From: Amoebophrya sp. A120
Taxonomy: Eukaryota; Protista; Dinoflagellata
Assembly (NCBI GenBank): GCA_905178155.1
Contig: CAJINV010000011.1
Coordinates: 3,009,144-3,073,143 of the forward strand
Length of the DNA: 64,000 nucleotides
Direction: 5' to 3'
The translations under genes and the position numbers were made by a program. Every line of letters begins with the position of its first letter. Positions within the stretch are counted from its first letter, which is position 1. Shown one piece after another: positions 22,559 through 34,693 of this stretch. Below the pieces are notes generated by a model. That model did no database searches and was not told the DNA's origin. It was given only the letters and a program-made list of their open reading frames with translations.

Positions 22559-24290
22559 AGAAGACGGCTCTGTTCGAAATCTCGAGCAGAAAGGTGCTCA
22601 CAAAGCCAGGCAGAGGATGAGGTAGTTTCGGGAGGGTCCATAGATGGGTCGTATGAACTAAGTACTAGTTGCCACTCTCACTCTCCCAGGCACAAGCTTC
22701 ACAAAAAGACACGCAAGTGTATGTCTGGGCCGCTCGTCTGTAATCAATAATCAATTTTTTAATTCAACCAGGCACCTCATATACGTCGTCGAGATCGGAA
22801 GTAGCAGGAAAGATGCGGCTGGTAGCACCAAAAGTAACTGCAAATGCCAGCCCGGCGGGGGCAACAAAAAAAAAGAAACCGAAAAGCGAGTGGGTAGATG
22901 GGGTCCTGTACAGAGAGGTCATTCCCTTGGTGTTGAACGTCATCGCTTCAATTTTTCTGTTTGCTTCTATATCTGCTGGATTTATTGTATATTGTTGTTT
23001 GTTTTGCCGGAGTTCTCTTTCACCCTCCTCACAGTCGCAGACCATTCCGGTTAAAGGTCAAGTTCGGAGCAGACAAAAGGATCTACTTCGTGGACGCACT
23101 ACAGCCACAGCAAAATTTTTGCCTTCTCATCCGCCCCAATCAAATCAAGTCAAATAGTTTTGCAGTGTATTGTATGGGTGCCTAGTGCAATTCGAGATTC
23201 TACCACGGGCTAGAAAGAAACTAACAGAAAGTCCCACATATATAGAGTGCTGCTTTGGCAGTTTTGAAACAATATCGGCACTGCCCAAAGCACATGATCT
23301 TCCAGCTGCGCCCTCGGAGCACACCGACAAGCGGACGATCTCTCTAACGGGCAGGACAACCGCCTGGGCCTGCTCACGCTCAGTGCCAGTGGACGGTGGA
23401 AAGGAACAAAAACAAATAATAAAACTGGTTCCTACAAACTCAAACACCACATGAAAATGAAGTATAATTCTTCGAGGCAGGTGCGTCTTTTCACAATTGA
23501 TTTCCAGCATTCGGGGTCCGGCCTTGCTCCTGCAGCGTCATTTTTTTGCAGCAGCGAGATATCAAAATCGTCCTGAGCTGGATCTAGCAGATAGCGGCGG
23601 GGTTCCCGTCGTTTTCATCGGTTACATTCTATCATACCTTTCTTGTTTCATCTTGCATCCGCCACATTTCAATTGCTTCCTCAGGGTGGCAGAAAAAATC
23701 AAAAATGCTTGTGCTTTTTTCTGGGTTCTTACGCAGTGACGTGGGTGGTCACGGTTCCAATTCTGGGAGGATTTCTTTTGGGACTTGTGTGTAAAACTTC
23801 TAGGGGTGGTGCAGCTCACACTTCTCACACGGAATGAGTCGTAGTAGAGAAAAACTCCTAGTGGAAAAAAATTCAAATACTTATTTATATTGCAATGTAA
23901 AATCAAAATAGAGTAGTTCCTCGTGATACGAGAGCAGCAAAATGATGTAGAAATAGTGATACATTGTAAAGCAAAAAGAAAAAGCTGAATACGTTGCGAA
24001 GAATGAAAAGGCGACTCGAAAAACATTGCTGGACCATGATCTTGGCACTGACTACAGCGCTTATGAATGCAATCATCAAGCACGTGCTTAGCTCGCGACA
24101 GCGAGAGCGATACCACCTTCACGTTCACCCCTCCTGTCGTGCAAAATATAGAAAAAACAAAAAGAAACACGACGCAACGCGACGCTAACTACTCCTGGCA
24201 CACTTGCTTACATTTTTTTATTTTTCATACTTTATGGTGCCTTTCACCTTTGCTGTTGTTCTTCCACCTCAAGTAGGTTCCTCGCCTTTT

Positions 24291-25735
24291 CTAGCAGCAG
24301 GCGACCACAGGGGCCGGGGTCGCGAGCTTTGAAGCATCCACCGCGCCAGTGACGTGAGTGTCGGTGGCAACGTCTCCGGGCGGCGGCGAACTTTCATCAC
24401 CCGCTGGTTCGGGTCCGGGAGCCGGCGGACTGCTGTCACCCCCCGCAGGTCCGGGTCCGGGAGCCGGCGTACTGCTTTCACCCCCCGCAGGTCCGGGTCC
24501 GGGAGCCGGCGTACTGCTTTCACCACCCGCAGGTCCGGGAGCCGGCGTACCGATCCCCGTTCCACCACCCACAGGTCCGGGAGCCGTCTCGCATTTCCCG
24601 CAGTAACGACTGATCCCCGTGACTTTGTTGTTCGACGGTAATGTCGTCAATTTCAGGTCGTTTGGGCCCGCAATGCCGACGCTGTTATCAAGTGTAAAAA
24701 TGTCTGGGTCTGGAAGAATTCATGTTTGTCATGCTTGTCTGGCATGGCTCTTCAATCTGTCATGCACGTTACCCAAGAGCTCCGCTTTTCTGTGATGCAG
24801 AAGCGCAGTTTGTCATGCAGAATTGGCAACACCTAGGAGCTCAGAAACTTGTCATGCTGAGCCAGCATCTGTAGCCTCATCATGAGACGCCACCCAGCAT
24901 CACAAGTTTCCAGACCCAGACATTTTTACATTTGATAGCTGTTCTTGAGGAACATTTCACAAGGGCGAATGATGCTGCTCTTGTAGTACTGCGCGATTCC
25001 CACACACTCATCATTGTCTTCACACTCCTGCTTGCACAGCTCGCGATCTTTGTCGCCTCCTTCTCCATCTGCCAGGTGTGTCAGCATGTCTTGTAGGGGT
25101 GTGCTGCCCGCGTTCGTGTCGCCCGTGTCCTCCACCCAACACCCCGCGTCCTCTGCCGCCGCGTCCAATGTCTTCCAAGTGCCGCAATCCTCTGCCCCGC
25201 ACTCAGGCAACCACTTTTCCCGCATCGCTTCGCAGCCGCAAAACGTTTCTGGATCGCAATAGCGGCTGATACCGAACAACGGTATCGATAGTTGCAAGTT
25301 CGAAAGCTGAATGGCATTCGCCGATCCATCGATTTTAGGTTCGAAATCTTCGGCGCCACGCATCAGAGCACACGCGTCGCGCTGGGCGCGGATCCGCTGC
25401 ACGATACCGAGGCAGCCGGGGGTGTCCGCGCAGTCTTGCTCACACTTGTTACGACTTCTGATTAACGCCCCGCCCAGCACTGCCTGGTTTTTCAACCCAG
25501 AGATGGTGCACTGCTTCTGCTCGCCAATTTGCTCGATTTGTTTAAACACGCCACAGTCCTTGCCCATTTCGCAAAGCGGCAGCCATTCGTCGCTTTTGTT
25601 CTCGCACGTGTCCCCGTCATCTTGTTCCCCTGCCCGGCGCAAAACGACCTGAAAGCCCTGCGTCAGGTTGTTTTCACTGGTGTAAAAGTCGAGTAGCACC
25701 GCCGGAGCTACCCGCCGCAACGTGGACAGCGACAT
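24291..25735 (-). CDS. Cys-rich protein with two PAN/apple-like modules and Pro/Gly repeats, split by an introner
   Basis: CEQDCADTPGCLGIVQ and CKQECEDNDECVGIAQ. Removing 24686-24937 plus one TSD joins FLKNS to VGIAGPNDLKLTTLPSNNK in frame. Termini uncertain. Confidence 0.65.
24400..24590 (-). repeat. Coding tandem repeat (~42-bp unit, APGPGPAGGESSTP)
   Basis: About 4-5 copies of CCCGCAGGTCCGGG..CCGGGAGCCGGCGTAC. Confidence 0.85.
24686..24937. mobile_element. Family-A TIR introner (252 bp)
   Basis: ~30-bp TIR TATCAA(G/A)TGTAAAAATGTCTGGGTCTGGAA; TSD GCTGT; frame restored on removal. Confidence 0.95.
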
Positions 25736-26467
25736 GGTCGTGCTTGTTTATTTTCTCCTTCGCGTAGTACTAAAAAGCGCTGTTCCTTCTGTCTCCTGAC
25801 GGTGCAGAACAAGTCGAAGAAGATGGTACTTACTGAAGGTGAAGAACAAGTCGAAGGTGAAGACCAAGTCTGTCTCCTGACGATTCAACAAGAAAAAGCA
25901 AATTCGTGAAGATGGTACTAGTGGTACAGTTGGCGGATATCTATAAAAATAAAGTCTTGTCACTGCGACGAGCAAATAAGCAGTTGCTGGGAGGAGCAAA
26001 ATGGTGATTTGATGGTCGGGCTGCGAGAAAATTTGCTCAGGTGTCCTGTGCTTTTTTGATATCGCGATACAGAATTTTCATTGGGTACTTCTACCAAACA
26101 AAACCGCATGGAAGTTGTATTCGCATCGTTTATTACACTTGTGTGCTGCACGAAGACGAAGGTCTGGGTATATTAATTACTCTGAACGATTTGTACGACA
26201 TTGAACGACGATCGGTTTGTACGATGTGTAAGTGCTGCCTTTGTTGACGCCGTAGACGTACACGACGCAGTGAAATATGGATAACAGCTCGTGCGTATCA
26301 GCACAAGCTGACTTCTTCGAAGATGTTCATGGACCTATTATCAATGTCATTGGAAAATGCATTCAGGATTCAAATTTCTTCCGTTTCTCTCGTCCTCCAC
26401 AACATTTTTCAACAACTAGAGCTACATCTACATCTACATCTACGAGGATATTAATTACGACCTTCTA

Positions 26468-29400
26468 TTATTCCACAAACAGATTTGTGAAAATTCCCGT
26501 CGCCATGGCGTGTTTTCCGGGTACGGTCGGCGACGTCTGTAGACACTCCGCGTATCAAATGTAAAAATGTCTGGGTCTGGAAATTTGTGATGCATGTCAG
26601 TGAAACGAAAGCACACTGCAATGCGCCGCCAGGCATGACAAATTTACCCTTTCCCTTGGCTCCCTGTTGCGTATTCCGCATGACAAACAGCGTTTTTGCA
26701 TGACAGATAAGAGGAGCTCTTGCTGGCCACGCAATACAGAGCTCCGTGTCATGCCCGACTAGCATGACAAATCCCGCCTTCTTCCAGACCCAGACATTTT
26801 TGCATTTGATACCGCGGCCTCGGAAGCTATCCGCGCAAACACGTGCCTCCACGGTAACTCGTAGGGCTCGTTTCGCAGGCACCGCGGCAGCTTCTCGTGC
26901 ATGTTCGCCTTCGTGAGGTATGGCACAGCACCAGCAGTGTCCGCGGCTTTTTTGGCTGCATTAGGGGCAGCTGCTGCATCTGCGGTAGTTGTAGTTTCGC
27001 CAGCAACCCCCGGAGGGGTATCAAGTGTAAAAATGTCTGGGTATGGAAGACGCCCAGAAAAGCGCCGCAAATGCATGCTTTTTATTTGCGTGAGATTTGC
27101 GCGAGATTTGCGCGAGATTTCCAAAAATATTAGGAATATTGCCAAATCCGTCGAAAGTTCCTGAATATTCACAATATTGCCAAGCCGGGCAGCTTCTTGA
27201 GGCGAGAACCCCCCCCGTGAATATTTTCAAGTATATTCGCCAGCAAATATTCCTGAATATTAACAATATTGCCAGCTCCCTCGGGCAGCTTTTTGAGGCG
27301 AGAACCCCCTCCGTGAATATTTTCAAGTATATCCGCCAATAAATATTCCTGAATATTAATAATATTGCCAACTTGGGCAGCTTTTTGAGGCGAGGACCCC
27401 CTCCGTGAAGTATATTCGCCAATAAATATTCCTGAATATTAATAATATTGCCAACTCGGGCAGCTTTTGGAGGCGAGAACCCCCTCCGTGAATATTTTCA
27501 AGTATATTCGCCAATAAATATTCGCGAATATTAGTAATATTGCCAAATCGGGCAGCTTTTTAAGGCGCGAACCCCCTCCGTGAATATTTTCAAGTATATT
27601 CGCCAATAAATATTCGCGAATATTAATAATATTGCCAAATCGGGCAGCTTTTTGAGGCGAGAACCCCCTCCGTGAATGTTTTCAAGTATGTATATTCGCC
27701 AATAAATATTCCTGAATATCAACAATATTGCCAACTCGGGCAGCTTTTTGAGGCGAGAACCCCCTCCGTGAATATTTTCGAGCATATTCGCCAATAAATG
27801 TCCCTGAATATCAATGATCTTGCCAACCCGGGCAGCTTCTTGAGGCGAGAACCCCCTCCGTGAATATTTTCAAGCATCTTCGCCAATAGATATTCCTGAA
27901 TATTAATAATATTGCCAAATCGGGCAGCTTCTTAAGGCGAGAACCCCCTCCGTGAATATTTTCAAGTATATTCGCCAATGAATATTCCTGGACATTAATA
28001 ATATTGCCAACTCGGGCAGCTTTTTGAGGCGAGAACCCCCTCCGTGAATATTTTCAAGTATATTCGCCAATAAATATTCCTGAATATTAATAATATTGCC
28101 AAATCGGGCAGCTTTTTGAGGCGAGAACCCCCTCCGTGAATATTTTCAAGTATATTCGCCAATGAATATTCCTGAATATTAATAATATTGCCAACTCGGG
28201 CAGCTTTTTGAGGCGAGAACCCCCTCCGTGAATATTTTCAAGTATATTCGCCAATAAATATTCCTGAATATTAATAATATTGCCAAATCGGGCAGCTTTT
28301 TGAGGCGAGAACCCCCTCCGTGAATATTTTCAAGTATATTCGCCAATAAATATTCCTGAATATTAATAATATTGCCAAATCGGGCAGCTTTTTGAGGCGA
28401 GAACCCCCTCCGTGAATATTTTCAAGTATATTCGCCAATAAATATTCCTGAATATTAATAATATTGCCAACTCGGGCAGCTTTTTGAGGCGAGAACCCCC
28501 TCCGTGAATATTTTCAAGTATATTCGCCAATAAATATTCCTGAATATTAATAATATTGCCAAATCGGGCAGCTTTTTGAGGCGAGAACCCCCTCCGTGAA
28601 TATTTTCAAGTATATTCGCCAATAAATATTCCTGAATATTAATAATATTGCCAACTCGGGCAGCTTTTTGAGGCGAGAACCCCCTCCGTGAATATTTTCA
28701 AGTATATTCGCCAATAAATATTCCTGAATATTAATAATATTGCCAACTCGGGCAGCTTTTTGAGGCGAAAACCCCCTCCGTGAATATTTTCAAGTATATT
28801 CGCCAATAAATATTCCTGAATATTAATAATATTGCCAACTCGGGCAGCTTTTTGAGGCGAGAACCCCCTCCGTGAATATTTTCAAGTATATTCGCCAATA
28901 AATATTCCTGAATATTAATAATATTGCCAACTCGGGCAGCTTTTTGAGGCGAAAACCCCCTCCGTGAATATTTTCAAGTATATTCGCCAATAAATATTCC
29001 TGAATATTAATAATATTGCCAACTCGGGCAGCTTTTTGAGGCGAAAACCCCCTCCGTGAATATTTTCAAGTATATTCGCCAATAAATATTCCTGAATATT
29101 AATAATATTGCCAACTCGGGCAGCTTTTTGAGGCGAAAACCCCCTCCGTGAATATTTTCAAGTATATTCGCCAATAAATATTCCTGAATATTAATAATAT
29201 TGCCAACTCGGGCAGCTTTTTGAGGCGAAAACCCCCTCCGTGAATATTTTCAAGTATATTCGCCAATAAATATTCCTGAATATTAATAATATTGCCAACT
29301 CGGGCAGCTTTTTGAGGCGAAAACCCCCTCCGTGAATATTTTCAAGTATATTCGCCAATAAATATTCCTGAATATTAATAATATTGCCAACTCGGGCAGC

Positions 29401-32400
29401 TTTTTGAGGCGAAAACCCCCTCCGTGAATGTTTCCAACTCAAGCACATTCGCGAACATACTCTCAGACGGACGAGGCGGGGCGGTGTAACGCGCTAAATT
29501 TGTTCTATTTTCCCGCTAAATAGTTTGGCCCCAAAGACAGGAAACTGCCTAAGAGGCAAAGCAGAAAAAGCCCGCGGGAAAACAACCGCCGCCCCCGCTC
29601 TGCCAAGCGCCGCAGAGCGGGCGCCGGGGCCTTCGCTCGGCCCGGGCCGTGCGGCGCGGCCACCCGGCCATCACGCCCGGGGAGCTTGGAACCTTGCTGC
29701 GGACCTTGCTTGCCGGGAGCGGCCGGGCAACTTCAAGTCAACGCCCGCCGACCTACCCAAGCTTGCGCGCGGAGCTTACGTCCCGCGCTCGACGGAAGAA
29801 CACCTTGCCCTTCGCCCCCGGAGAGTCAGCTGGACCTTTCACACGCGATCGGATCGCGGGTGGAAGGTGCGGCTGAAATCCACTTGGAATGCTTCTAAAT
29901 ATGTGTCTAAATATGTGTCTAAATATGTTTCTAAATATCGTTTTAAATGTGTTCTAAATTCCGACCGGGAATCTTCTAAATTTGGTCCGCGGATCCAAAT
30001 CCAGTGGGATTTCCCTGCTGTCGGATTTAGCAGCACATTTAGCGCGATATTTAGCGACATACTTAGCGACATATTTAGCGGGGAAGTTAGCGCACTTTTA
30101 GCGGCATTTTAGGCGTCCGGTTAGCCAAATTTCTGCGGAAAATCACGAAGATTTATCCGTCCGATTTAGCTTCCCCGAATTCCGGATCCGGGGGTCCGGC
30201 AGCGCGGCGAACTCGCCCGGCGGGCGGTGGCGCGGGGCCGCGAAGCCGGCAGGGGCGCGGGCCGGCCTTTGCAAAATTTAAAAATTCGGACGGAAACCAC
30301 TCCGAATTTTTAAATTTTAAATCGCACGAGGGCGGCGCCACGGGGGGCACCGCCGAAAAAGGAGCGCAAAGGGCCTCGCGCGAAGCCGCGGAACGCCCCC
30401 GGCGCCCGGCCGCCCCACGCACGAGGCGGGCGCAGGCCGGGCAAAGGCGCGCGGCCCATCAATGTGGGGCCGAAAAGCTGCGCGGCCTGCGGAAAAATTT
30501 AGCCAGATTATAGCGCGAATTTAGTCAGCACCCCCGCCCCGGGCCGTCCGCCTGAATACTCGAAAATATTCACGGAGGGGGTTCTCGCCTCAAAAAGCTG
30601 CCCGACGGATTTGGCAACATTCCTACTATTTTCTAAATCTCGCGCAAATCTCGCGCAAATCTCACGTAAATAAAAGCGACGCACTTCCGGCGCTTTTCTG
30701 GGCGTCTTCCATACCCAGACACTTTTACACTTGATAAGGGGTACCGTTGGACAACTCGTCTTCCTTTTTGGAGGTCGTCATCATCTGCAAAGAGTCTTCC
30801 TGCAGGCGCAAACAGGCCTGGTTCGCCCGCTGCACGAACCGCAGCCCGTTGGCGATTTCCCACATCGCATTTTCGTCTTTCTTCAAATTGGCGCAAAATT
30901 TGTTTCCCTTGTCTCCCTCCTTGGCCTGCGCCGCGGCGGAATCCTGGGCCCGCAGGTTCAGCCCCAAGCCACGGGCCTGGTCCACCAGGTCGCGCATGAC
31001 GTTGCGCGCGGCCCGGATCGCGCGGCTGACCCGCGTGAGCCGCTTGCCGGGTTTCGCGAGTCGCGGGTCCTCGCCGAGCCACTGGCGGTGCGAGATCGGC
31101 CGCAGATACCGACTGCCCTGGATGTAGGAGACCATGTTGTGCTGCCACGTGTTATCCGTGATTCCCGGAAGTCCGGTCCGCAGGTCCCCCGGGTAGTGCC
31201 GACGCACATGCAACGTCGGGTTCGCAGCTTTCGTCTCCGAGGAGTCCGCACTTTCGCCTCCTTGTTCCTCCTCGTCCCCCGAGTTCATTTCTGGTATATC
31301 CACCGCCGTTTTCTGTCCCTTCAAACCGGATTCCCTGGCGAAGGGGACTTCCTTGTCGGCGCCACCGCCCGTCTCTAGCTTGTAGTTCACGTTTTTGGCA
31401 ATCGCCTGCTGCTCCCCCGCCACCGCCGGCAGCAGGAACTCCCGCGTGCCCGCGCGGTTCTGCGCGCCCGGGGACTCAACCGCACTGTTCTTCAGCACGC
31501 ACACGCATCCGGTCACGCCCCCGTGGGTGCATATGGATTGCAAATATGTCTGGGTCTGGAAGAGTGCCAGACTTGTCATGCAGGTTTCCCATGACCCATG
31601 AGGTCTGGTACGTAGGACATAGCATGACAGATTCTGTGAGCATTCTATCATGCCTATCCTGCATGAGAAACTGCCTCTCGATTAGGTCCAAAGTGTAAGT
31701 GGACAGCTGCTTTTGGTAATCATACATGCAACACAGACTTTATACACTATTCAGATTTAGCAAGACAAGTTGCTTCGTTCCAGACCCAGACATATTTGCA
31801 CTTGATAGTGCAGGCAGGCTCGTCAAACCCCTTCGTGCTCCACGTCTGGCACGGCCGAAACTCGTCGCGACTCTTGATCGGCGCCGGGTCGTTGGTCTGT
31901 ATCAATTGTTACTAGTGGACTTTCTCAATAAAGGACCATTTGGCCTAAGTGATTCCTAAGTGTAGCCCCCTCGTGTTTCGCTCCAAAAGCCGATTGATAT
32001 CTGGACTCTGTTCTGATTATGTTGGGTTGCCATACGTAGACCGATGGCATTTTGATGCGTTCTGCACATTTCCATCGGTCTTCTTTCCAACATGCCAACC
32101 AGCATAGACTAGACCCAACACAAATGAACCTCGCGACAACGGCTCGGCGCAAAATCGCGCCTACGAATCAGGGAAATAGCGGGGCAAAGAACGAAAAGAG
32201 ACGCCGCGCGATGAGCTTCTTTGCGCGGCGGTTGCACTGGAGAAGAGCTGGGCCGTTTGCTACTCTTGCTTTTGGGAAATTTGCAAAAGCCCCAGCCCCC
32301 CCTTGCGGGAGAAAGCACAAAATGGCTGCCCACGTAGTGCCGTCGTGTGGCAGCCAGCGCTTACACGTTGGCACTACGGCCGCAGCCATTTTGTTCTTTC

Positions 32401-33462
32401 CCCCGCGCGCGGGAGCTGGATTTGTTGCGACATTTCCACTCCCTTTTGGAAAAGTTGCAAAATAGCGCCCCAGCGCCCGCCTGCGGGAGAGAGAACAAAC
32501 TGGCTGCCCACCTACTGCCGTCGCTCGACGCCGTTTACACGGTGGCACTACGGTCACAGCCAGCTGCATCCTTCCCCCACGAACGGGGGCTGAAACTCGT
32601 CGCGACTCTTGATCGGCGCCGGGTCGTTGGTCTGTATCAATTGTGAGCAGTGGGCCGTCAAGTAGACGAGAGAACAATTGTTGTCGCTGTCGCTGGTTCG
32701 TTCTGTGGATACATCAAGTACAACTACATAGAAAGCAAAAAGCTTGGTGTTGTTCAAGTTGTACATCATGAAACATAAATTTATACCGGCACACAAATGT
32801 TCCGCGCGTTCAGGTATCCGTTTGCGGGACAACCCTCTTCGAACGTGAAGGGGTTTTATGGAACTGTCAGGATCGACATCGACAAAATCGAAAAACTTGT
32901 AATGCACAAAATGCAGAGCACGCATGGCCTGTCTTGGGGAGCAAGCAAATGAGACCGGTTGCAAGCCTGTTTAGGGGAAGGCGATGCGCTGCCAGAGTAG
33001 CATCACAGGAGCAGTCTTCTTTGCCCAAACAGCATGACAGACCGGATTCTGGTGCTTGCGAAATTTGCCATGTGCCACTTGGAAACTAAGGCCCCAATTG
33101 GTATCGATTTTGTGCATCACAAATTACTTATTTCGATTCTGTTGATTTCGATCCTGCCGCTCTCATAGGTTTTCCTCGTTGATCACACCGGACTCCTTCT
33201 GCCCCTCGACGTGCCCCGGCGCGATGACTCCGATCTGGGAGGCGCACATGTAGCCTTGGGGGCACTTGATGAAAAACGAGGTCCAGGGATGTTGGAGGTG
33301 GCGCGCACCATGACCGTGGTGTGCAGGGGGCGCCATAGAAACAAAACGCTCTTGCGGAAGAGCGACATGTTCTTGATCATGCGAAGGAGCAGGAGATGAC
33401 AATGCGAAGAATTGTTCGCCCCGGCTCGTAGACGAAGGTGACGATCGGTGAGCCCTCGTCAT
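26468..33462 (-). CDS. Multi-exon Cys-containing hypothetical protein interrupted by five insertions
   Basis: Reconstructed joins: INEEN-PFTFEEGCPANG, LIQTNDPAPIKSRDEF-RPCQTW, EPACT-HGGVTGC, SNGTP-PGVAGET, SEAA-ECLQTSP. Start codon and the junction near 32705-32790 are unresolved. Confidence 0.55.
26553..26811. mobile_element. Family-A TIR introner (259 bp)
   Basis: Family-A TIRs at both ends; TSD CCGCG. Confidence 0.93.
27185..29430. repeat. 92-bp tandem satellite, ~24 copies; one inverted partial copy at ~30550-30620
   Basis: Unit CGGGCAGCTTTTTGAGGCGAGAACCCCCTCCGTGAATATTTTCAAGTATATTCGCCAATAAATATTCCTGAATATTAATAATATTGCCAACT. Period confirmed by starts at 28381 and 28473. Confidence 0.97.
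29894..30110. repeat. Short 12-bp-period arrays inside the foldback element
   Basis: TCTAAATATGTG-type copies at ~29894-29960 and ATTTAGCGACAT-type copies at ~30025-30110. Confidence 0.75.
31532..31807. mobile_element. Family-A TIR introner (276 bp)
   Basis: Family-A TIRs; TSD GTGCA; interior similar to 49445-49706. Confidence 0.93.
31857..32644. mobile_element. Hairpin-rich insertion flanked by a perfect 53-bp direct repeat of exon sequence
   Basis: 31857-31909 is identical to 32592-32644. The interior holds two related stem-loop units. Confidence 0.75.
32857..33167. mobile_element. Family-B TIR introner (311 bp)
   Basis: TATGGAACTGTCAGGATCGACATCGACAAAATCG / CGATTCTGTTGATTTCGATCCTGCCGCTCTCATA; TSD GGTTT. 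Confidence 0.88.
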
Positions 33463-34141
33463 GGTGATTGATGCGGGAGAACTGCGAGGAGAACCGAAAC
33501 AAGAACCAGTATAGAGTCACTGCATCGACAGCAGGCTCAGTGGTCCAGTACTGTAGAAGATGAACAACATAGTACGAACAAACTAGTCGTAGTCCCGATT
33601 CATTTTTATCTTTCTTGTGAAGCTCTCCGCCACGTCGCCGCATCTTTCGGCGACGAAAGACCGAAGGTCTTGCCATTCAACCTAGCAGCGAATGTACGAT
33701 AGCGACAGTCACGATAACTCGATTCCGACCTACCACAAGATGACAAGGAGCGCTAGCCCTCGATAATCAAAGCTAACCTCAAAGAAAGACGAGAGTGAAG
33801 CCATGAGTTGCCAACATCGAACGTTCGAATGTTAAATCAAACACGACCTGCGCGACGAAACCGAACTACCAACAAGCGATAAGGCGATTGAGTGCGAAGC
33901 TTTCTTGTAACACTGAACACATCCAAGAATGCATAATTTCATGCAAATCAACTGTAGCTGAGTCGCCTTCATGTAGTTGCGCGCGATGGTGTTTCTTGTC
34001 TTTGTTGATCTCTACACTGACAGTTCTCACAGCAACAAGTGCTAGTCGAATTTAAACCGTCTGCTGATCGATTCGTTGTGCATGATGCCTAAATGGAAGA
34101 AGTAGTAGAAGCCACACATGGTAGCTCCTCATATTTCCTCT

Positions 34142-34693
34142 CTACTTCTTCCCGGCTCGGTTCTGTCCCACCCCGACGGAGAGGGACTTCTGCTTTTTTC
34201 CCTTGATACTTGTGGCCTGGAATTTGGCGTCGATCTTCACGACGCTCATGCCCGGTCCTGCTCCCGGCGCCACGGCTGCCTGGGAGATGATGTGCTCGAT
34301 ACCCTTGTTGATCTATCAAATGTAAAAATGTCTGGGTCCGGAAACTTGTGATGCTGGATGGCGTCTCATGATGAGGCCACAGATGCTGGCTCAGCATGAC
34401 AAGTAAGTTTCTGAGCTTCTAGGTGTTGCCTATTCTGCATGACAAACTGCGTTTCTGCATCACAGAAAAATGGAGCTCTTGGGTAACGTGCATGACAGAT
34501 TTAAGAGTCATGCCAGACAAGCATGACAGACATGCACTCTTCCAGACCCAGACATTTTTGCACTTGATATGATCCCCCGTGTGGCGATCTTCTCGATGGT
34601 GTTTCGCTTCTTGTTCTTCTTCACGTTAACGTGCGCCTTCCGTGCCGTGAAAGCGGCGTTCTTGCTCGCCTTTATCTTGAAGCCCTGCGGCAT
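34142..34693 (-). CDS. Small basic protein, UPF0390/DUF2462 (C19orf53-like), split by an introner
   Basis: After removal: MPQGFKIKASK...IEKIATRGI-NKGIEHIISQAAVAPGAGPGMSVVK...NRAGKK*. Family assigned from motif resemblance only. Confidence 0.7.
34314..34569. mobile_element. Family-A TIR introner (256 bp), reverse-complement sibling of 24686-24937
   Basis: Family-A TIRs; TSD TGATC; frame restored. Confidence 0.95.

Larger units (their letters stand above)
27019..30736. mobile_element. Foldback-like giant TIR element inside a coding exon (non-autonomous)
   Basis: ~100-bp TIRs (27019-~27120 vs ~30635-30736) beginning TATCAAGTGTAAAA(A/G)TGTCTGGGTATGGAAGACGCCCAGAAAAGCGCCG; TSD AGGGG; no transposase-like ORF seen. 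Confidence 0.92.

Noticed and set aside
27185-29430. CRISPR array
   Set aside because: Contiguous near-identical 92-bp units with no unique spacers, no cas genes, and a eukaryotic context.
29525-30422. ORFs inside the foldback element as a transposase
   Set aside because: Short, low-complexity and repeat-derived (SKYVSKYV), with no DDE-type motif visible.
3607-30736. Near-identical length of the two giant elements (3713 vs 3718 bp)
   Set aside because: Interiors are unrelated and one length depends on satellite copy number, so coincidence is the simplest reading.
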